Of a stretch of 64,000 bases of DNA, positions 1 to 13,950 are shown piece after piece; the first letter of the stretch is position 1; each line of letters opens with the position of its first letter. Source of the stretch: Camelus dromedarius. Its lineage: Eukaryota. The stretch is from assembly GCF_036321535.1 (NCBI RefSeq), contig NC_087436.1, positions 96,536,001 through 96,600,000 of the forward strand. The letters run 5' to 3'. A program made the translations under genes and the position numbers. The notes beneath the pieces were generated by a model. That model was not told where the DNA came from. It saw nothing but the letters and a program-made list of their open reading frames with translations, and searched no databases.

Positions 1-2476
1 GAAGGAAGTAGAGTCAGAAAGGCGTTCATTTACTGGGAAACAAGCGTGAAGTTAAGGAACTTGAGGTCTCTATGGGGCTTGAGTGATAATAAGAGGGCCG
101 AACAGACTGGAGGATGAGGACTTATGGTTTGAGAACGAGAGACTGGAGGGCTGTTATTGAATATGCACAGTCACCCTGGTTGAAGACAAGTTCTAGGGTG
201 TGAGTAAGGAATGAGGTAGGGAAATGGAGCAAGGTAAAATCTCACAGTGTCTAGTATGCTGAGAAACAGAGAGGATGGGACTTTGGATGAATTTGCTATA
301 TTTTGCCTGACATCTGTTAGGATGTCATGAGGAGAAAATTTAAATGAAGCAAATGTATGTGAGTTAAGAAATATACATCATTATTGTTGCATTCTTTCTC
401 ACTATATCTTTACAGATTAGATTTCAAGCTGTTTAAGAATATTTCCTTGACTCCTAGCTTTCCTGATGATGGGTCTAAATGCCTAGTTCTTCCCTCACTT
501 CATATCATTAAGGTTATATTAAAATGTGTTTTACGGGAAAAATATAATGTGAATCTTGACAGTCATGTATTTTTATAGATGAGCATGCTTTTTCAAGACT
601 GAAATTTAGTATTTCTGAATTTGTAATATAACAATATTCTCTACAACACAAGAGCGAATGAAACATCTTGATGAGTTATTTTCTGTCAAGAATATATTTT
701 CCCATTTTCTGGTCTCACTTGAAATCATTTTCCATAGTTTCATGAAATAATAGTCTAAGTACTTATAAGTCATGGAGATAGCCATTTTGCTTTGAGATAT
801 AGTTACAAATCAACCTGTAGAAATACTAAAACTGAGAAAATTGTATAATTTAAATAACACCAGTATTTATTTCAGAAAATATTGTCTTAAAAAGAGGAGG
901 AAATTACAGTGGTAGGTGAAGACTAGGTGTATTTATACCAAATAGAAATGTGGTAATTCAGAGAAAACAAGTAAATGCCATAGTTAACCAAGCATGCTGA
1001 CACAGTGTTTAAAAGAGACCAAAGAAAACCTCAAGATGTTTAAGTACTCATCTTAATGCCCTTTTAAATGAAGGCAGTTTGACATAAAGTTCACAGCATC
1101 CTTTATGTATTAATAAACTCTCAGGAGACCATATACTTTCATGCTCCCGTTTTTAGATTCCACAACACTTTACAGTTTTTCTTAAAGTATTACTAGGAAG
1201 AAATTCCCAAATACTTATCAAATATCTTTCATTGTCTCATAAAAAATCCTTCTTAGATTCTAATTCAAAGTTTTTTAGTGCAATTAAAGACTATGGAAGG
1301 AATTACACTGATTTAGTGCTTACAACAGGAATAGCTTCTTTAAAATCAGAATAATTCATGATACTGATTCAATAAACCAAGTGAAAATGATCACTACTTT
1401 TTGGGCGCTAAAAAGACAGCAGGTGAAATCACCTATCTGGGTCCCTAATGGACCGGGTGAAGAAGCTGGGAAAGACCTGATGCAGATATTTAAGGGGCAA
1501 GCACTACACAACTGTAGTGCACTGTCTCAATACTCTACTCTCCTTGGAATGGGCTTTGTTTCTCTTCTTGGTGCTCTTCTAGCACACGTGTCTTTTCTCT
1601 GTGAAGTTGTTCATTCATCCACTTCCCCAGACAGAGGTCATCCCTATGCACACATCCCTTCATAGATATGCATATGTAATCCACTGTACCATAATAGTTT
1701 ATTTAATGTCTCTCAGGCATCTAGATAGTGAGGTTTCCCAAGAGTGAGTCTTTGTGTCTGGTTCAGTGCCATAAAAGTTAGATTCATAATAAAAGACTTC
1801 TTATCATTAGAATAATTACTTTATTTAACACATTGAAACAGTCAAAGCACCATACTTCCACAAGTGGAAAAAGGATGTGGATAAAATTAGATGTTAAGGA
1901 AATTAGATATCTTTACCTTAATGTCTTTTAATCCACCTGCCAGAATTATAAGGCAAAAATGAGATTTCAGGACTTCCTGAAATCAGAGGGAGAGAGTTAG
2001 GCATAGGCTGAAGATGTATAATACTGACCACCTTTTACAAAGAAATGATAATCTGGGAAACATCTGATATTTTCTTGAGGTCAGGGACCAACCCAGCTAT
2101 ATGTAATAGAGCATTTCCAATCCAAATTAGTATTGTCAACATTAAAAAAATGCTTTTGTGGAGGGAAGATTCTTATGCAATAACCCAAGAAATAAGGGCA
2201 CGGGGAAGGAGATAGCCTGGTAAAGTCATGGGTGTCAGTTTTAGTTAGATTCTCTTTCAGCCTGGGCACTTCCCAGATGTGTGGATTTGAGCCCATGATT
2301 TAGTTCTCTCTGATATAATCTTAGCATCTTTAAAACAGCAGAATTATTTGTCTTATCATTCTGTTTTGATAATTAAATAAGACTGGGTGTATAAAGCTTA
2401 TAAAGAACATAGTAGGTATCAATAAATTTTAGTCTTATTTTATCTAAAATCTACCCTGTATTTACTCCATGGTTGA

Positions 2477-2650
2477 ATAGCTCTTCAACTTTAGTGTGCA
2501 TGAGAATAGGCTTGAATTCTTATTAAAAAGTACACCCTTGAGCATCACTACGAGAAATTTCAACCCAGTTGGTCTATAAGGCCCAGCATTTTTTTTAACA
2601 AGTCTTTCAGGTGATTCTGATGTAAGTGCATTTTAGATCACACTTTAAGC
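2477..2650. mobile_element. MER5-like hAT-Charlie DNA transposon remnant
   Basis: CTTCAACTTTAGTGTGCATGAGAAT...TTTTTAACAAG...CAGGTGATTCTGATG matches MER5 signature segments. Confidence 0.65.
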
Positions 2651-2940
2651 AAAATACCACCCAAGAACCATTTAGGTAGATTGGTAGATGTGTAGTTTAT
2701 GATGTAGTGCATTTATAATTTTAGGTAGGTTAGAGTTCAGTCATGATAACATGTCTATAGGAAATAGGGAAAAGTATGGATTTAGTTGAGTTCAAAACAA
2801 CAGATACTTTTTTTCAAGATTCTAAAGTGTATCGTCCTTTATACTGTGAGAAATATCCCCCCAGCTATCATGTTATCGAAACACAGGAGCATCAGTCAAC
2901 TAAGAAATGACTGTAAACATACTGAAATTTGTGTTCATAC

Positions 2941-3333
2941 TGATAAAGACAGTCTCCCTGACCAAATTTCATTCTGTGCTCTATTCTGAACTAGGCCAAA
3001 ACTTACACATGCCCCACTCCTTCCTGTTCCATTGCTGGTTCTGCATAGCCCAACTGTAACAAGAATCCTGCCAAGTCACCTTAGAGAGAATCTCACCACC
3101 CTTGATATCTGATCACCCTGGCCTGCCTTCAGCAAGAATCCTGTTAGGTCAGTTTAGCAAGAGTTTCCCCTACCCTTGACATCTCCTCTTTGGTAATTTT
3201 CCAACCACTGACCCCCTCATTCTGCACCTTGGCTATAAGTCCCCAATTGTCCTTGTGGTCTTTGGAATTGAGTTGAAGTCTCTTTTCTCCTAATCTGTTT
3301 TTACTTTAACTACTGTCTAGCTGTCTCTTTAAG
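2941..3333 (+). mobile_element. MER31-like ERV1 solo LTR
   Basis: Starts TGATAAAGACAGTCTCCCTGACCAAA. Contains a duplicated AAGAATCCTG...CCCTTGA block, CCTTGATATCTGATCACCCTGGCCTGCCTTCAGCAAG and a GGCTATAAG TATA-like box. Confidence 0.8.
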
Positions 3334-3599
3334 AAAATATAAATGTTAAATCCATTTTTGTACCCACAGAGTGCTGCTCACCACAGTACCTACTGTGCAT
3401 ACTTAACACATGTGCACATTATTATTGAGTTAGTAACCCAGAGAAGGTGCCTTCTCCAAGGTTCTGTGAGTAGGCATTCTAAATACCTCACAACATTTTA
3501 CTCTATATTTGGAAACTGCCTCCCCCACTTTCTCAGTGCTTCTTCAATGTCACTTCCTTTAAAGGCAAGCATAAAGTTTTCCTAGAAGTCTTTTTTCTT

Positions 3600-4857
3600 T
3601 CTGATACCTCTCCTTTCCCTATTTCCCCCACCTCCAAGCTCCTGGCAAACACTTTTCTACTCTGTGTTTCTGTAAGTTTGACTTTTTGTTTTAGATTCCA
3701 AATATAAATGATACCATGCAGTACTTATCGTTATGTGGCTTATTTCACTAAGCATGTCCTCAAGGTTGTCACAAATGGCAAGATATCCTTCTTTTTCATG
3801 GCTGAATAATGTTTCATTGTATACATATATGTGTGTGTGTGTATATATATCTATATATATCTCATAATTTCTTTATTCATTCACTCATTGATGGACATTT
3901 AGGTTGTTTCTATATCTTTGCTATTGTGAATACCACACTGAATGGGGTTGGGGTGTATATGTCTCTTGATATACACAGAAGTGGAACTGTTGGATCATAT
4001 GGTGGTTCTATTTTTAATTTTCTGAGAAATTTCCATATTATTTTCCATAGCTGCACCAATTTACGTTCCCACCAACATAAGTGTTCCCTTTTCATTGTAT
4101 CCTTGCCAACTTATTGACTCTTCTCTTTTTGATGAGATTCTGATTTTCTAATGAGATATGAGGTAATATCTCATTATGGTTTTGATTTGCATTTCCCTGA
4201 TGATTAGGGATGTTGAGCACTTTTTAATGTACCTTTTGGCCATTTGTATGTCTTTTTCAAAAATATCTACTCTGTTCCTCTATTTTTCAATCAGTTTGTT
4301 TTTCCACAGCTGAATTTATATATTTAGATAGTAACTCCTTACCAGTTATATGATTTGCAAGTATCTTCTCTCATCCTGTAGGTCACCTTTTCATTTTGTT
4401 GATGGTTTCCTTTGTTGTACTGAAGCTTTTCAGTTTGAGGTATCTCTGTATCTGATGTATCTGATAATCTTTTCTTTTGTTGCCTTTGCTCTTTTTGTCA
4501 AATCCAATAAATTACTGCTAAGACCAATGCCAAGGATCTTACCCCCATGTTTTCTTCTAGTAGTTTTATGGTTTCAGGCCTTATGTTCAAATTTTTAATC
4601 TGTTTTTAATTGATTTCTGTGTACGGTGTAAGGTAGACAACCAGTTTCATTCTTTTGTATGTAGCTATCCAGTTTTCCTGACATCATTTATTGAAGAGAC
4701 TATTCTTCAGTATATCCTTGGCTCTTCTGTTACAAATTAATTGACCATATATGCATGGGTTTATTTCTGGACTCTATTCTGTTCAATCAATCCATGTGTT
4801 TGTTTTTATGCCAATACCATAATATTTTGATTACTACTGCTTTGTAATATAGTTTGA
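3600..4857 (-). mobile_element. Older L1, 3' portion (ORF2 C-terminus and 3' UTR)
   Basis: Minus-strand ORF 3910-4095 (CWWERKLVQLWK...PYDPTVPLL) resembles the ORF2 C-terminus. Also TTTGATTTGCATTTCCCTGATGATT and TTTATTGAAGAGACT. Confidence 0.9.
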
Positions 4858-4999
4858 TAGGAATCTCTGTGAAACACTTGCTTAAGTACCATCATTAAGT
4901 ACCATCTGAAATAATATCTGACCATCCTTTCCTTGATCTATTCTTTACATCAAGACTGTTTGATAAGCAAATGATAGAGTATCAAGTTCACTGCCAAAA

Positions 5000-5460
5000 A
5001 GAAATACATACATTCATAAAGCTTAAAAATACCTGGCTAAAGTTAGCTTCAAGCAGGGTTTTATCTAGGAATTCAAGAATGCAGATCAATCTTCAGCTTT
5101 GCATTTGTCTTTTGGCTCTGCTTCATACTGTGTTATTTTCATACTATGGCTCTGCACGATGGCTTCCTTAATCTTTAGGCTCATATTATTGTAACTATTG
5201 GAAATCCCCATGCAAAAGAGAGAACATCTCTTTTTGGGAACCCCTCAGACAAGTCCAAGGATTTACCATAACTGGACAATTCTGAGTTACTTACTCAACA
5301 ATGTAAGGGATACAATGCTTTAATTGGTCAGGTCTTGGATACATGTTTTACTTGAAATCTGAAACACATGGGTGAATAATGGGGAGAAGTGATTTTCTAA
5401 AGAAATGGTAAGGTGACATTATCAGAAGAAGAAATAGATATTTGGTGGTAAAAAATTATT
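5000..5460. mobile_element. Degenerate MLT1-like LTR
   Basis: TTAGCTTCAAGCAGGG...CTTTAATTGGTCAGGTCTTGGATACATG...AGAAGAAGAAATAGATATTTGG resembles old MLT1K/L-type LTRs. Confidence 0.45.
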
Positions 5461-5499
5461 TCCCAAAATTATTTTGGGTCTCTGGGGTTTTTCATTCCT

Positions 5500-5865
5500 T
5501 ATTTTCTATATCTGAAAATTCCTTTCCCAACTCTCTTTCTGGTGACTTCCTATACATCCTTTTAGAACCAAGTCAAATGTCATCTCAAGGTTAAAAGTCT
5601 GCTTAAATGTCACCTTATCAGGGGGACTTTACTTACCACCTTATTCTGTTTACTTTCTTATTTCCTTACACTAATTTTTTATTCTGCACAGGACTTCTTA
5701 ACATTTGCACGTTATGCATTTTTTATATCTCCTTACTAGAATGTCAGCTCAGAAGGACAGGAATTTTTGACTGTTTTTCACTGTTGTATCATCAGTCTCT
5801 AGAACAGTACATAGTACCTAAGAGGTGCTTAATAAATATCTGTTAGATGAGTAAATTAATAAATG
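5500..5865 (+). mobile_element. L2 3' fragment(s)
   Basis: CTAGAATGTCAGCTC...CACTGTTGTATC...TCTAGAACAGTACATAG...GGTGCTTAATAAATATCTGTTAGATGAGTAAAT is an L2 3' end. Confidence 0.75.
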
Positions 5866-6207
5866 AACTCTCCTCCCACCTCATTAGTGCAGAGTCAGTA
5901 GCTCCTTCCTCCATGTCCTGTCAATACCTTTTATACATTTCTATTCTAGTCCTAGCACATGGCACTCTACCTACAGCAATATATTTACCCCTGGCTGGAT
6001 CACCAAACATTTGCTTAATTGTACCGATCTCTCCTTTTACTCTTGGGGCTCTAAGTCCTCACGAATTGTGCTCCCACTAATCATTAGGGCATCTGTTTTA
6101 TATTTAATTTTCATAAGGACTTCATTAGTCTGACTGTCAGTATCTGGGAATATTGACACTTTCCAATTACCCTTTGTTAATTTATTCACATTCAGTTGGT
6201 ATTTATT

Positions 6208-6287
6208 TATTTATTTGCCCAGTTTTATTGAGAAATAATTCACTGTATAAGTTTAGATTACTGCATAAGTTTAAAGTGTAGAGCATG
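6208..6287 (-). mobile_element. Severely 5'-truncated L1 3' end with 16-bp TSD
   Basis: TTTTATTGAGAAATAATT...TTTAAAGTGTA (L1 3' tip in antisense) flanked by perfect repeats TCAGTTGGTATTTATT at 6192-6207 and 6288-6303. Confidence 0.8.
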
Positions 6288-6544
6288 TCAGTTGGTATTT
6301 ATTGAGGCTGTGTTAGGATGCTGGGATAGTTCAGGAGCTTAGATTATAAGAAAGAAGGAAGTATTTCTAGTTATGACATATAACCTCAATACTCAAGTAT
6401 ATTTTGGATTTATTCCAATCTTTCATTAAATATAAACCACCATAACAAAAAAATTATTAGCTTAATTTTCTAAGATTATTGCTTTTTCATAACCAACTTT
6501 GCTATACATTTTGAAAAAATAATTTTGACTCATTACAATAAAAA

Positions 6545-6730
6545 TTTTCTCACAACTGAAGCTGTCAACAATGGAATGGGGCCTTAGGAAATTGTGAGGG
6601 CCATAAAACCAGAGGTGTTCATGTATTAATGCTGGATATTATTACATAGGAGCTGTTGGAGAAGGGAGATGTACAGCTTACATAAGGACTATACTGGACG
6701 ATGCTTTATTCCCAACTCTGACCTCTTCTA
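6545..6730 (+). mobile_element. L3/CR1 3' fragment
   Basis: CAATGGAATGGGGCCTTAGGAAATTGTGAG...GAGGTGTTCA...GCTGGAT resembles the CR1/L3 3' end. Confidence 0.5.
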
Positions 6731-9700
6731 AATAATCACTATGGTGGCTTCTGTGCAATGCACTTTTTGAAAGTTTTCTCTTCCACTGTTCAACCATAAG
6801 CCACTTATACTTCCTACTTTTGATCTCTTTATTACCTGAAGCTTTCATTTTATCTACATTTTGTCCATTTTTGCCGTTTGTATTTTTCTTTCAGACTTTG
6901 TCTTTGAGAATGTAGCCACTTGAAAAACTTATAAATATGTTAAGCAAAATTTGTTTTCCACTTTAGGAACAACACATGGCATAAAACCCATGGTTCAGTT
7001 ATAAATGATGGATTCTTGCTAGCCTAGAATTCATATTAATCATTTTCAATAGAGGGACTGAATGCTGCCATGGTTTTGTAATATTCTGTGCTTTATCTTA
7101 CTTACAAATATAATTAACTTAGCAAGGATAGTGTCTTTCTAGATATACTGTATTAGAAAATTTTCTAAAAAGAGTTTGTGTGCATTTGTTGTAAAAGCTT
7201 TTTGAAAAAAAAGCATATTGCTTTAGGGCTTATATTGGCTTTAGGTCAGAGCCACTTATTCTGTTATGCCTAACAACTGATTAGCCCACGATTATTTGAA
7301 CTTCCACTATAGGCAAGGGACTCTTTAGAAGATTCCGTAATAAATAAAAACACTTAGGAAATTTATATTCTAGTTGCTGGGAAAGGACAGATAAGTAGAA
7401 ATTTGAAAAGTGCATATATTTAGCCTCATTTAAAGATGTCTTTAGCTTTTTTCTGCATTATTCAGAAAAAAGCTATCTGGCTTTCATCATTAGAGTCTGG
7501 AAGTATTATGAAGACCAGGGCAGACTAAACTATTTGTACTGGTGTTTGGTATCTGCTGCTGCATGTCTGTGTTTGTTTCTATTAGAGTAATTAGAGAGCG
7601 ACATGTATCTAAGTTGGAGACTGATTTATCTAAAAACTTATTTTGGAATATTTTGAAAACAAACATGATGCTCAATCCATCAAATATTAATAGCAATGAG
7701 CATGGGGTCCTAGCTACATTTAAAACATCCATCTTGCAGGACAACTGTCAAATAGCAGAGGTAGGTGTCAACCTCTGACAAATCTAGAAAAGAGACTGGT
7801 TCTCCCTTCTGTATTGATCTGTCATTCATCAATCTATTCATATTTGAAAGAAATAGATGATACCCATTTGTTGAAATGAGGATTTTCTGTTTCGATCTCG
7901 CAAAAAGAGTATTAAAAGCTGAACCTTCTAAGTGTCTGCACTATTACTAAACCAACATAAAATTTTCTCATTTGCTTGAAAGGTAAAAAGATCTCTAAGA
8001 CAACATATGTTCAACCAAACTGCTACACCTTATTCCAGAGTAAAACAAACTCAAAAGCACTAGCATGGATTAATTATGCCCCATTTTGAGACTGGTAATT
8101 GACAAATCTTTCACATGGAGTTCATGTGATCTTATGAATGTATACCAAGATTCAATTACAGATCTGACATGAACAAAATACTATTATGATTAAGTATAAA
8201 TCAAACAGATCCCTCCTCCACAGAACTCTAAATTCAACAATTAGAATCCAGTACCCTGGCAATCTAAGGTATGCTCTGAGGCCAATTCTTCAACTGAGGT
8301 CAATTTTGGAGCAACTGAGGATATGGTTCAGGTCCAAACATGGGCAACCCCAGCGACAATGCCATCTCTCAGGTCAAGAGCGTTTATTATTAAGCTGAAG
8401 CCCATGAAAGCATAGCTCGATCCATAAAGACATACAATTGGTCATCCATGCCTTTTATCCATTTAATTAAAATTTTGACCAATATTAAAAATCAGGATTT
8501 TTAATTACAAAAATCTGGATGTTGGGTTATCTGGGAAATCAGTAACATGTAGATGAACAGGGTTGTCTATTGCAGAAACTTTCCTGTTGGCCCATCTTCA
8601 ATCAACTTACACAATATATACATATCCTCCTATATCTGGCCCTTGGTGGGCAGTCAGAAACATGACCACTGGCTTTGAGATGTAGCTTAGGAAGGATGGG
8701 TAACATATTTCATGTACACTATATGACAATTCACCTTGCTGATGCTTTTATGGTGGAGATAGTTCTTTAGGGTAGTTCCAGCTGCCTTGGAATCATCTAG
8801 AGAGGTTTATAAAGTTATGCATTTTTAAGTTTCACTCTCACAAATTTAAGGACAATAGACACCTCAGGATGATAGGGGTAGGAAGTGGGAAGAGGGGGCA
8901 GGATCTGAATTGCATAAATTCTTTCCAGGTACAACAAAAAATTACTTAGATTGGGAAGCTCCTATACATTCAGCAATCTTAGCATCTCCTGATGCCTTAA
9001 TTTGCAACAAAGAGGTCAAAGATTATAGAGAAAGTCTGTAAAAGGGAATTGGGCTATCTGAGCTTTAGATACTTTTTTGCTAATTACTATTTGTGGGACT
9101 TGGACCAACTACAGAACATAAGTCTCAGTAATTATACCTGTGAAATGATGTCAAGGATTTAAGTGTGTTATATAATGCCACCAAAATTCCTATGAAGATT
9201 AAAAAAAAACTTTTAACATGCAATTAAAATAAATTAAAAGTTATTTATGTGAGAAAAACTAATATTGAGAGCTTCTGATAAAAATTAACATTTCTTTTTT
9301 ATTTTAAAAGTTCTCCATATTCATGAAACATAAATATCCCATTGAAAAATCTTTTTTTCCTAACTGATTTGCTTAACTGATTCTGGAACCGTAAAGATTA
9401 CTAAAAGGTCAAGTCTGACTCTCTCTTACATCTCTTTCTCCTCCAACTTTGTATCAGAAAACATAGATCAAATTGCACTTCAGCAAATTAGCATAGATGT
9501 AAATACAACTGAAGGGAGAGACAAGCAAAGATACCATCATGTCAAAATACATTAAAAATAAACTATGTTAAAAGACTTTAGAAGTCTCTAGGAAGATTCA
9601 TAGGCTCTGTGAATATATGATTTGTGTAAATTAACCAAAGGCAAAGGAGAGTGCTAAAGACTGAAAAATACAGTTAAGCTACAAGAGCAAGAAGAAAAAT

Positions 9701-11185
9701 AGGACTAAATCAAGGAGGATTAAAATGTATTAATCCTTTCGTGCTAACATTGCAAGTGCAATGATACAGAAAATTGAGTCCCTCAGGGATACACAGTCAG
9801 CTAGACAGAATAATTCAGTGTCCTTAATCCTCTCCCTTTTTTAGAATTGAGAACATTTACAGATGAGGACACATGCATGTCACATCACATCCATTCCAGT
9901 TTTTAATTATTTAGATATTCTGTTTTAAAATATCATACCATAAAGTTACATTTAAAAATGAGCAAGCAACAATACTTAAAATAGAAAAAATAGCATTTGA
10001 ACCCAATACCTTGGCATTTATTTAAATATAAATGAGGTAAAATTAATTAGTATAAACTAAAGTACACCTAATATAAATCACAATTCTCTTAAATTCTGCA
10101 TAGTAAAGGAAACAAAAAAGTGACAGCACCCAGATTTTCTCATAGTGAAAAACATTTTTTTTTAAATTAAGAGGACATTAATTTACAATTCCAATATTCC
10201 TGTTTATTAGCTATATAACTTTGAATATGATATTTAATATCTCTGAGGCTCAGTGAAGAGAAAATATTTTTGAGGTGGGCTGACAAAGGGAAACTAATGG
10301 AATTGGTGGTAACTATACTTATGAACTTAAGAGGCAGAAATATGCTCTTACTCTGCTTTGACCTGTATTTTTCTCCCATGGGAGTTTTTGGACAGAACTT
10401 AAAATTCTATAAATGTATTGCATTTTCCTTATGTATGAGTAGTAAAAAACATGCATTCCTTTTTTCTCTTGGGATATTAGTAATAAATAATTAAAATTGT
10501 TCAACCTGGGCTCCAGATCCTTGTTTACTACTAATTATTTGTGGGACTTGGGCAAATCACAGATAATTAAACCATCCATAATTTTGTAGCTTGGACTACA
10601 GACAGAAAAACGTGGTTAGGACACTAATGTATGTGAGTGATATATTTAGCATCAACATACATCTGGGAACTTCTATGGTCCTCCCAGGTGGTTTCTGTAG
10701 CCCACAAAATATAGTTAGCCAATAATAAGATAGTGCTACTGGATGAAACATCTGAGAACAAAGCTTGCTAAACTGGGCACAAAATTGGAAATTGCAGTTG
10801 TATATATATTCTCATTCATGATTATGTTAGTTGTTAGGGTAGCCACAGATGTGTCTAAAGTGAAAAGGAATTGATAAATTTGAGTAAGAATAAAAATTAT
10901 ATGAACTGTGTCAAAATTAGCCTTGAGAAACTGTATTAACAGATTTCACAATGCCTGAAGGAATCAAAAGGCTAATAATTCTTCCAGAGATAATGTAAGT
11001 TAGATCTTTTGATAATTCCTTATGCTACAGGAATAGAGACTACTATTTGTCCCCACATATCATTCTTCAATAGTAATAAGACCCCTGATTTTTAGCTGGA
11101 CTCCTGACTATAAGAGTAGACACATTTCTCAGCTGATGGAAAAGTTGTGGAATGCAGGTGGAAGTGCTGCTTGGTAATTTCCAGT

Positions 11186-11655
11186 TAAGAAAACAATCCC
11201 ATTTATAAGAGCATCAAAATGAATAAAGTATTCAAGAATAAATTTAACCAAGGAGGCTGAAAATCTATAGTCCAAAAACTATTAGACATAGATGAAAGAA
11301 ACTGAAGACAAACTAAATGGGAAGCTATTCCATGCTCATGAATTAAAACCTCAAGTGGTCTACAGATGCAATGTAATCCCTATAAAAATACCAATGGTAT
11401 TTTCCACAAAAATAGAAAAAAAAAATCCTGTTAGACCACAAAAGACCCCAAATAGCCAAAGCAATTTTGAGAAAGAAAAGCAAAACTGAAAGCATCATGT
11501 TCCTTAATTCCAAACTACATTATAAAACTACAGTTATTAGAACAGTATAGTATTGGAATAAAATCAGAGACATAGATCAATGGAGCAGAATAGAGAACCT
11601 CCAAAAAAACCCACATTTATATGGTCAATTAATTTATAACAGAGGAGTCAAGAAT
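11186..11655 (+). mobile_element. Old L1 ORF2 internal fragment
   Basis: ORF 11292-11489 (VVYRCNVIPIKIPMVF) parallels the young L1 [13 protein letters not shown]; also CATAGATCAATGGAGCAGAATAGAGA. Confidence 0.88.
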
Positions 11656-11664
11656 TCTAGAATT

Positions 11665-12420
11665 AATATTAGGCATTTATTGCTATAAACTCTTTTAGAA
11701 CTGCTTTTGCTGTATTCTGTAAATTTTGGCATTTTGGGTCTTTATTTTCATTTCTCTTAAGTATTTAAAAAATATCTTTCTTTTTTCACTCAGTTGTTCA
11801 GAAGCATGTTTAATCTCATATTTTATCAGTTTTATAGTATTTTTGTAATTGATTTCTAGTGTTATACCATTGTGGTCAGAAAAGATGCTTGTTATGTTTT
11901 CATTCTTCTTAAATTTATTAAGACTTATTTTATGGCTTAAAATATGATTGATCTATCTTGGAGAATGATTCATGTGCACTTGAGAAGAATGTGTATTCTG
12001 CTGCTGTTGAATGGACTGTTCTAGATACATCTGTTAAATCCATCTGGGCTAATATGTAGTTTAAATCTAATATTCTCTCATTGATTTTCTGTCTGGTTAA
12101 TTTATGTACTGTTGAAAGTGGAGTATTAAAGTCTCCTATTACTACTGTATTACTGACTATTTCTCACTTCAGATCTGTTAGTATTTACTTTATATATTTA
12201 AGTGTTCCAATGTTGGGTGCACAAATATTTATCATTGTTATATCCTTTTAATAAGTTGATCCCTTCATCATTATATAATGACCTTTTTTGTCTCTTGTTA
12301 CAGTTTTCAGCTTAAAGTCTATTTTGACTTATATAAGAATAGCTACTCCTATTTTCTTTTGGTTTGCATTTGCATGAAATATCTTATTCCATTGCTTTGT
12401 TTTCCATCTATGCATAGCCT
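11665..12420 (-). mobile_element. Old L1 ORF2 endonuclease-region fragment
   Basis: CATTGTGGTCAGAAAAGATGCTTG, GTTGGGTGCACAAATATT and TTTGGTTTGCATTTGCATG are antisense to the EN region (compare 29170-29880). Confidence 0.88.
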
Positions 12421-13169
12421 AGGCTTTAAAATATCTGTATATTTTTTCTAACAATCCTAATAAGATGAAAAAACTACTCTTGGCTTTAGTTTTCAATTTT
12501 TTTGATTTTTAATTCATTATACTTAACTTTCACATGTATTAATTTATCACTTCCACATATTTGTTGAATCTATAGATATATATTTCATTGTTCTTGAGGT
12601 GAGTTCTTAGTTCATTCTCCCCCAGTTTTTATTTCTGTTTAATACAACAACACTTACAGCTACGGATTTTCTTTTGAAAATGATTTTGGCTGTGTCCCAT
12701 AGGGTTTGACCATTAGTTTTGTTGTTTTCTAAGTAGATGAATTTGGTTGTAGCTCCTCTTTGGTCTAAGAGTATTGTAACTTACCATTCACAACATGGAT
12801 TACTATTTTCTCTGTGAGTTTTTGTACTACTGTTACTTCACACTGTGAGATACTTCTTCCTTTCTCATGCAATCTCTGACCTTCCCTGGCCTTTTCACAT
12901 CCCTTCTACTTCTTCACATCTAATTTGTTCTGTTTTTTTTCCCATGGTGTATCACTACTTCTTTCACCAACTTATTCTAATTATAGTTTTTATTTTATAT
13001 TGTGATTATTTACAGGTGTGTTCAAGTCCTAATTTGTGAACTCTTTTGGTGCACGATAAATTTTGGATTTGTCTTGAATTTTCATAGGTCATAATACTAT
13101 GTACAGAGTAAGTGTGGAGTAAGGGTCTGAACAAATGCCTATGTTTGAGTGGCAGAAAATACTAGATAC

Positions 13170-13950
13170 AAACATCAGCTGAACTGACCCAAGAATTCAG
13201 TGGGAAGAAATTCCAGTTTAACAGGTGGGTAGCAAGTTCAGAAAGCAATCAGTGCCAAATTGAAATTGGAATGCAGCAGACTTCAAGGTTGCTCTCAGGA
13301 AGATGAATGGCGATTCCAAGCAATAAACAGAGTGACAAATGAGTTGGATGATAGTAGTGACACAGTGAAGAAAGCATATGCTTCTTCTTTCAAAAAGAAT
13401 AAATGAGACAAAGAGAAACTCTAGGAAAACGTAACAGCTAATGTGTCTAAGAAAGTCATTGCTGAAATATGACGTAAACTAAATAAGGGATGATTTTGAG
13501 TAAATAGTGAAATATAATTATAAAGAATACATTTGACTTCAATGCTTGGGAACATTACACATTGACTAGAACAGGGGTGATGATATTGGACCTAAAGTGA
13601 AGAAATAGGATCTTAAGCACATTAGTTGGCTCTTCATTGAAAATGTACATAGTCGTTATACTGTAACTACTGTTAATTAGTTTTCAACTCTTAGAACACC
13701 TTTACAGACAGAACATGCAGATTTAATTATGGCTATAGGAAAGAACCGTAATGTTAGAAAGCCTTACAATTTAAAAGTAGAGATGTTGCTGATGGAAGGT
13801 AGGAGGTGGAGGAGACATAAAGGTGAGGACTCAAAGAAGGAGATCAAGTAATTAAAGCTCTTAGAATTAAATAGAGGGTTAGGCACATTATTTAATTCAG
13901 AAAGGATACCAAAATGAGAACTAAAAATTGTAGAATTAATTATGCTATTT
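13170..13950 (+). mobile_element. HAL1 / ancient L1M-like fragment
   Basis: TTTTCAACTCTTAGAAC...GATTTAATTATGGCTATAGGAAAGAACCGTAATGTTAG...AAAAGTAGAG resembles HAL1 from recall. Confidence 0.55.
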
